64,000 nt of DNA from Octopus vulgaris (taxonomy: Eukaryota). The first letter of the stretch is position 1. The number at the start of each line of letters is the position of its first letter. A program made the position numbers and the translations under genes. The DNA lies in NCBI GenBank assembly GCA_951406725.2, contig OX597841.1, forward strand, positions 2,914,001 through 2,978,000, read 5' to 3'. Under the pieces are notes generated by a model that saw nothing but the letters and a program-made list of their open reading frames with translations, did no database searches and was not told where the DNA came from. Shown one piece after another: positions 57,539 to 64,000 of this stretch.

Positions 57539-57701
57539 TACTTACGGAAATGTTTCATAAAGGATAGAGTTGTTATATATGGGTGTATCTGGTAATTGAG
57601 AAATACATTATAACAATTATAAATATATTACCAACTAATTAAGAGAAATTAATGAAAAGGACGTGTAACAGAAGTAGGAAGCAGTCTCAAAGCGCATGCG
57701 T
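57539..57701 (-). promoter_or_regulatory. Promoter motif, exon 1 and donor of ZNF9
   Basis: GCGCATGCGT 57692-57701, donor at 57545, acceptor at 55452. Confidence 0.6.
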
Positions 57702-57773
57702 ACCTTCACTCCCCCAAAATAAGGGGATGGCTTTGAAAGACAACAGGGTAATGACGTTGTTAGGAGAAAGTGT

Positions 57774-58200
57774 GGATCTTTTCGGGGTTTTTTCGGCAGT
57801 TTTTTACTAGCGGTGTCATATGAAATTGTCACCCATAATTATGACCCTAGTATCGATCTATTGCATTTCAATGTGTTTTAGGGTTAGATTTAGTTAGGGG
57901 TGGGGGGAAGGGTATCTTTTTTCTTCACAAAGATAAATGAATCCAATCTGTTTCTTAAACGAGGGACATATTTATACGGCACAGAATGTTTTTTTTTACC
58001 TCAATAGACGTCACTGATTGGTTGAAATTGCAGAAATTGAAGAAGAAAAAAACAAATATCTTACAAACAATAGAATTTTCTCAATAAAGCGAAGAGAAAA
58101 AGATGTTTTATAAACACATTCTACCAGTATACGATGTTTAAAAGTGTTTAGTTACGTGGAAATTATATTAAAAAAACTGCCGGTCAAACCGAAAAGATCC
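57774..58200. mobile_element. MITE between divergent promoters
   Basis: GGATCTTTTCGG ... CCGAAAAGATCC termini. Confidence 0.8.
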
Positions 58201-58441
58201 GAAACCGGGGATGCTAAGTAAGCTAAGAGAAATTAGGAATGGAATGAGTTAAAGCACTTGTGAACCTGACAGGAGGAATGGATGGATAGAAGAAAGTGGC
58301 AATTAAGAAATTAGCAATTAGCGATGGAGAAGCGAAAAGTTGCAAAGTTCATTAGTCCGTTGTACCTCTCCACTGGACATCACACACATATCAACAGCAA
58401 TACATAAAAGGTGAACGAATTAGACTAGTAACAAAGGAGAA

Positions 58442-58620
58442 ACGCATGCGCATTGAAAACACTTCCCAATCCATTCTGATTTCTGGTTAATTGTCCAGGT
58501 GCGTGAATTTCTCTTAATCAGCTGATTAATTCATGTGTAATACTAATAATGTATTTCTCACCTGCTAGATATACACATATATATAACAGTACAATCCTTT
58601 ATGAAACATTTCCGTAAGTA
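58442..58620 (+). promoter_or_regulatory. Promoter motif, exon 1 and donor of ZNF10
   Basis: ACGCATGCGC at 58442, donor GT at 58614, acceptor AG ends 60436. Confidence 0.6.
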
Positions 58621-58724
58621 TTAAGCAATGAAAATATTTGATGTGTTTAATTCTGTAGACGTTCGGTATTTGGTGCGTCAATTCTTTGTTTCTCTTCTGT
58701 GTTTTTTATGAACGAGAGATGTCA

Positions 58725-59220
58725 CTGATTTGTGCGTGATTTGGCTGCTATTTCTAGCTATGGAAGAGAGATTCTATGATATGTGTGTGATTTGGCTGCT
58801 ATTTCTAGCTATGGAAGAGAGATTCCATGATCTGTGTGTGATTTGGCTGCTATTTCTAGCTATGGAAGAGAGATTCTATGATCTGTGTGTGATTTGGCTG
58901 CTATTTCTAGCTATGGAAGAGAGATTCTATGATTTGTGCGTGATTTGGCTGCTATCTCTAGCTATGGAAAAGAGATTCTATGATCTCTGTGTGATTTGGC
59001 TGCTATTTCTAGCTATGGAAGAGAGATTCTATGATCTCTGTGTGATTTGGCTGCTATTTCTAGCTATGGAAGAGAGATTCTATGATCTGTGTGTGACTTG
59101 GCTGCTATTTCTAGCTATGGAAGAGAGATTCTATGATCTGTGTGTGACTTGGCTGCTATTTCTATCTATGGAAGAGAGATTCTATGATCTGTGTGTGACT
59201 TAGCTGCTATTTCTAGCTAT
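58725..59220. repeat. 51-bp minisatellite variant, ~10 units
   Basis: Same core as the 52-bp arrays with a different spacer (ATGGAAGAGAGATTCTATGATCTGTGTGT). Confidence 0.95.
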
Positions 59221-59554
59221 GGCAGGTAGATGTCTCTTGGGTTGTACGGGATTTGGTTGTTGTGTCTAACTCTGGGTGGTGTGTGTATTGTTTGGCTCCG
59301 CTAAATCGATTCCTAAACAATAAAAATGTATATTTTCTAAAAGTAAATTATCCTGAAAAAAATGTATTTTACGATAGAAACCGGAAGTGATGGTGACAGG
59401 GCCCTTTTATGTGGGTCTCGGCAACTTGTATACCCATTAATTTGTCGGTACTATTTAATAAGAGTGGTCCCGGTGCGCGTACTCGCACATCCACGCTAGC
59501 TAGTCGTGACTAGTCGATCCTTACTCTCTGTTTTCGTTTTATTTACTTTGTTTT

Positions 59555-59795
59555 AAAACAATTGCAGCGTGGAAGGTGTTTGTAAGCCATTTAAGAAACA
59601 CACAAAAGCCGTTCGATTCACTTCAACATTTAAGTTTAATTTGTCAAAATATTTTCATCGCTGCACGGATTTTTGTCGCGGTCTTATAGCGATGAAAATA
59701 TTTTGACAAATAAAACTTAAATGTTGAAGTGAATCGAACGGCTTTTGTGTGTTTCTTAAATGGCTTACAAACACCTTCCACGCTGCAATTGTTTT
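59555..59795. repeat. Near-perfect inverted repeat (108-bp arms, 25-bp loop), probable foldback element
   Basis: 59555-59662 is the reverse complement of 59688-59795 with one mismatch seen. Confidence 0.9.
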
Positions 59796-60145
59796 CCTTT
59801 CAGCACACGATCTCCGTACATCTCCGTAATTTTTAAAAAATTATGTTTAGTTTAACAACATCGTTTAACGTCGGTTGTACACCTGGTATGGGTTAGCTGG
59901 TTCGACCAGACGGTTTGTCCATGATTGGCTGGTTCGACCAGAGCTGGGGAACTACAGCAGAATCCAGTCTGATTTGTCATGGTTTCTACAGCTGGATGTC
60001 CTTCACAGTGCCAACCACAACTCCCAGAGTGCGCACGGTGCTTTTATGTGGCACTGCACAGGCACTTTCACATGGTGGCACTTTTACATGTCTGCTTTTA
60101 TGAAGAATAACCACAAGTGCTTTTCACCATCAGACGCACGAGTCC

Positions 60146-60330
60146 TAACGCTTCCATTGTGGAGTACAAGGCTTCTCAGGTGTAGCAAGTTGCCAGACAT
60201 CTCGGCTCTTTGTCATATCACACGACCGGTTCAGCACTTCATACCATGTCTTTTGGGGTGTCCCATTTTCACGTATTCCATCTACGTTGAGAGATTGACA
60301 CTTCTTTATGGAGCTGTCGGAATCCAGCAC
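60146..60330 (-). mobile_element. RTE-like LINE C-terminal relic
   Basis: ORF reads KKCQSLNVDG..GTPQKTWYEV..MTKSRDVWQLA. Confidence 0.55.
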
Positions 60331-60790
60331 AGTTGGTAACGTAAATACTTGTTTTTACTGCTTGCCTCAGTAGCAATGAATCTGTATTTTTTAAGTAACA
60401 TCTACATCTTACACTGTTGTTTCTCTATAATTTCAGAATATCAGACAGCATTGATGTAAAAGAAGAAGCATCCTCAATATCTACCATGTTTTAACAACTA
60501 AAGGAAAATATTATACAAAACAGATGTATAGCATTATTTCTACAAATCTGTGGAGGATTTCCTTGGGAAACATTTGTTCTGGAATTATATTGTTAGCAAA
60601 ATTTCTGAACATCACTAACTGGAGAGTCAAGACGAAGATCCCAAGTGCTGATTAAAGTTGGATAACTATATCTTAGTGCTGTTAAATAAAGGTAACACTG
60701 GACAGAAATACAGCAGTAGAAGTGTATGTAAAGAATAAAGTATAAGAGAAGATAGAAAGATATATAAACTGAGATTTTAGAGGAAAAGTG

Positions 60791-62194
60791 ATGGAAAAGA
60801 GTGAGAAACGTATACAATTGATTTCCTCAGAACCCATGACAAAAGAGAGGAGATCGTATGACTGTGATATCTGTAGAAAGTCCTTCCCTCAAAAAAGTAA
60901 CCTTCTTATGCACAAACGTATTCATACAGGAGAGAAACCATATCATTGTGATATCTGTGGTAAATTATTCTCTCAAAGTATTCACTTAGCTGGACACAAA
61001 CGTATTCATACAGGAGAGAAACCCTATCATTGTGACATCTGTGGTAAATCATTCTCTCATAATAGTATCTTAAATAAACACAAACGTACCCATACAGGAG
61101 AGAAACCATATCACTGTGACATCTGTGGTAAATCATTCTCTCAAAGTATTCACTTAACGAAACACAGACGCATTCATACAGGAGAGAAACCATATCATTG
61201 TGATATTTGTAACAAACCTTTCTCTGAAAATACTGCCTTAACAAAACACAAACGTGTTCATTCAGGAGAGAAGCCATATCACTGTGATATCTGTGGCAAA
61301 TCATTCTCGCAAAATAGTGTCTTAACTAGACACAAACATATTCATACAGGAGAGAAATCATATCACTGTGATATTTGTAGTAAATCATTCTTTGATAATA
61401 GTGACTTAACAAAACACAAACGTATTCATACAGGAGAGAAACCGTATCACTGTGATATCTGTGGAGAATCATTCTCTCATAATAGTATCTTAACTACACA
61501 TAAACGTATTCATACAGGAGAGAAACCATATCATTGTGAGTTTTGTGGTAAATCATTCTCTGCCAATAGTGGCTTAGCAAAGCACAGACGTATTCATACA
61601 GGAGAGAAACCATTTCAGTGTGATATCTGTGGTAAATCATTCTCTAGAAATAGTACTGTTATTGCACACACACGTACTCATACAGGAGAGAAGCCATATC
61701 ACTGTGATGTCTGTGAAAAATCCTTCTCTAATAGTAGTCACTTAACTAAACACAAACTTATTCATACAGGCGAGAAACAATATAATTGTGATACCTGTGG
61801 TAAATCTTACTATCAGAATAGTAGCTTAACAAAACACAAACTTATTCATACAGGAGAGAAACCATATCACTGTGATATTTGTGGTAAATCATTCTCTCAA
61901 AACTTTGACTTAACACATCACAAATATATTCATACTGGAGAGAAACCTTATGATTGTGATATCTGTGGTAAAACATTCTCTCAAAATAGTAGCTTAACAA
62001 AGCACAAACGTATTCATACAGGAGAGAAACCGTATCATTGTAATATCTGTGGTAAATCATTCTCTCAAGATGGCAACTTAATGAAACACAAATATATTCA
62101 TACAGGAGAGAAACCATATCACTGTGACATTTGTGGTAAATCATTCTCTGAAAGTAGTAAATTATCTAGACACAAATCTATTCACACAGGGTAG
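60791..62194 (+). CDS. ZNF10: C2H2 zinc-finger protein, 16 fingers
   Basis: ORF 60788-62194, ATG 60791 ([14 protein letters not shown]). Confidence 0.92.
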   Translation: MEKSEKRIQLISSEPMTKERRSYDCDICRKSFPQKSNLLMHKRIHTGEKPYHCDICGKLFSQSIHLAGHKRIHTGEKPYHCDICGKSFSHNSILNKHKRTHTGEKPYHCDICGKSFSQSIHLTKHRRIHTGEKPYHCDICNKPFSENTALTKHKRVHSGEKPYHCDICGKSFSQNSVLTRHKHIHTGEKSYHCDICSKSFFDNSDLTKHKRIHTGEKPYHCDICGESFSHNSILTTHKRIHTGEKPYHCEFCGKSFSANSGLAKHRRIHTGEKPFQCDICGKSFSRNSTVIAHTRTHTGEKPYHCDVCEKSFSNSSHLTKHKLIHTGEKQYNCDTCGKSYYQNSSLTKHKLIHTGEKPYHCDICGKSFSQNFDLTHHKYIHTGEKPYDCDICGKTFSQNSSLTKHKRIHTGEKPYHCNICGKSFSQDGNLMKHKYIHTGEKPYHCDICGKSFSESSKLSRHKSIHTG

Positions 62195-62374
62195 AAAGGA
62201 AAGAGATAGTTTCATGTTTGCTATGTATTTTTAATATTCCTGTGTTTCATGCAATGGAAATTAAAATATTTCCAAAACTTTCAGATATCTTTGTTTTGTT
62301 TTTCTAATTTTCAACTCCTTATTTTCCTTGGTGCAAGCACCTATATACCAAAATTCTTCCTCCTTCTGACAGCC

Positions 62375-63280
62375 CGAAATACCTATTTCTTTATTACTCA
62401 CAAGGGGCTAAACAAGAACAGATATAGGTATTAAGTCGATTACATCGACCTCCGGTGCTAAAGTGGTACTTAATTTATCGACCCCGAAAGGATGAAAGGC
62501 AAAGTCGACCTCGGCGGTATTTGAACTCAGAACGTAGTGGCAGACGAAATACCTATTTATTACCCACAAGGGGCTAAAAACAAGGACAGACATAGGTATT
62601 AAGTCGATTACATCGACCTCCAGTGCTAAACTGGTACTTAATTTATCGACCCCGAAAGGATGAAAGGCAAAGTCGACCTCGGCGGAATTTGAACTCAGAA
62701 CGTAGTGGTAGACGAAATACCTATTTCTTTATTACCCACAAGGGGCTAAACAAGGACAGACATAGGTATTAAGTCGATTACATCGACCTCCAGTGCTAAA
62801 GTGGTACTTAATTTATCGACCCCGAAAGGATGAAAGGCAAAGTCGACCTCGGCGGAATTTGAACTCAGAACGTAGCGGCAGACGAAATACCTATTTCTTT
62901 ATTACCCACAAGGGGCTAAACACAGAGGGGACAAACAAGGACAGACATAGGTATTAAGTCGATTACATCGACCCCAGTTCGTAACTGGTACTTAATTTAT
63001 CGACCCCGAAAGGATGAAAGGCAAAGTCGACCTTGGCGGAATTTGAGCTCAGAACTTAGTGGCAGACGAAATACCTATTTATTACCCACAAGGGGCTAAA
63101 AACAAGGACAGACTTAGGTATTAAGTCGATTACATCGACCTCCAGTGCTAAACTGGTACTTAATTTATCGACCCCGAAAGGATGAAAGGCAAAGTCGACC
63201 TCGGCGAATTTGAACTCACAACGTAGCGGCAGACGAAATACCGCTAAGCACTTCGCCCGGCGTGCCAACGTGTCTGCGTC
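62375..63280 (-). mobile_element. SINE family C concatemer: one head plus five 168-183 bp tandem bodies
   Basis: cgaaatacc anchors at 62375, 62545, 62713, 62883, 63066, 63234. B-box-like GAGTTCAAAT in most units. A-box-like head only at ~63241-63280. Confidence 0.8.
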
Positions 63281-63332
63281 GTTACTCTGTCCTCCCTCCG
63301 TCGGGGACACCCACACATTTTAACAGTACTCT

Positions 63333-63644
63333 AAAAAGACTCCGCCGGTTACGACGACGAGGGTCCCAGCTGATACAATCAACGGAACAGCTTGCTCGTG
63401 AAATTAACGTGCAAATGGCACGTGTACCCTTAACGTAGTTCTCGGGGATAATCAGCGTGACACAGAGAGTGACAAGGCTGACCCTTTGAAATACAAGTAC
63501 AACTCATTTTTGCCAGCTGAGTGGACTGGAGCAACGTGAAGTAAAGTGTCTTGCTCAAGGACACAACGCGTCGCCGGGAATCGAACTCACAACCTTACGA
63601 TCATGAGCCGAATGCCCTAACCACTAAGCCACGCGCCCTCACTG
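63333..63644 (-). mobile_element. tRNA-derived SINE family D with 11-bp TSD
   Basis: Head ggcgcgtggcttagtggttagggc..gagttcgattccc. AACAGTACTCT duplicated at 63322-63332 and 63645-63655. Confidence 0.85.
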
Positions 63645-63697
63645 AACAGTACTCTACCGTGATATGAAGGGAGATAATATATTCCAGGAGAGGAGAT

Positions 63698-63882
63698 ACG
63701 CATGCGCATTGAACGCACATCCTACTTGACGCCCATATCCAGTTTAAAGTCCTGTTCATTAATTTCTCTGAATCACTTAATACATTTATAATACTTATAA
63801 TCCGTACTTATTAAGCATTTCCCTACAACCAGATACACACATATATAACAACTCTATCCTTTATGAAGCGTTTCCGTAAGTA
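63698..63882 (+). promoter_or_regulatory. Promoter motif, exon 1 and donor of a further ZNF gene predicted beyond the window
   Basis: ACGCATGCGC at 63698 and TTCC|GTAAGTA at 63876, the same cassette as the others. Confidence 0.55.
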
Positions 63883-64000
63883 TTAAACAATGAAGATGTT
63901 CAGTGCTTTTAATTCTGTATGCGTTCGTTTTTTGACACTTCTATTCTTAGAATCTCTTCTATGTTTTATGAATGAGAGATGTCCTTGAACTGCGCGTGCG

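Noticed and set aside
58730-59203. 157-aa repetitive hydrophobic ORF (MEERFYDLCVIWLLFLA)n
   Set aside because: Product of a 51-bp (multiple of 3) minisatellite inside a predicted intron. The 52-bp versions have no such frame.
62375-63240. Retrozyme (hammerhead-containing tandem repeat)
   Set aside because: No CTGANGA/GAAA hammerhead core found on either strand, and units carry Pol III B-box-like motifs.
63560-63644. Possible tRNA gene
   Set aside because: tRNA-like head continues into a SINE body and is bounded by an 11-bp TSD.

Overview
Eukaryotic, AT-rich genomic DNA, most likely from a coleoid cephalopod (Octopus-like). This is inferred from [17 protein letters not shown]-type poly-C2H2 genes without KRAB/BTB domains, the tRNA-derived SINE families and the heavy microsatellite load. 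The window is a young, rearranging cluster of 10 C2H2 zinc-finger genes with single-exon CDSs (8-26 fingers), plus 3 ZNF remnants and the promoter of an 11th gene. Every gene uses the same cassette: GCGCATGCG (NRF1/Ewg-like) promoter motif, non-coding exon 1, GTAAGTA donor, an intron carrying a 51-52 bp minisatellite with a constant core, TTTCAG acceptor, then one coding exon. Architecture: a ~27.5 kb inverted duplication (arms ~10 kb), a ~9 kb tandem duplication series (30.3-53.3 kb) and an older head-to-head pair (ZNF9/ZNF10). Interspersed elements include Helitrons, two CR1-group LINE relics (one inserted in frame into a ZNF), four SINE families, MITEs and mariner/RTE relics. The main signal is that flanks and terminal fingers are near-identical between copies while central fingers are drawn in different order and number from a shared pool of recognition helices, which suggests combinatorial finger shuffling. 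ZNF1-10 are my labels. No database searches were run.
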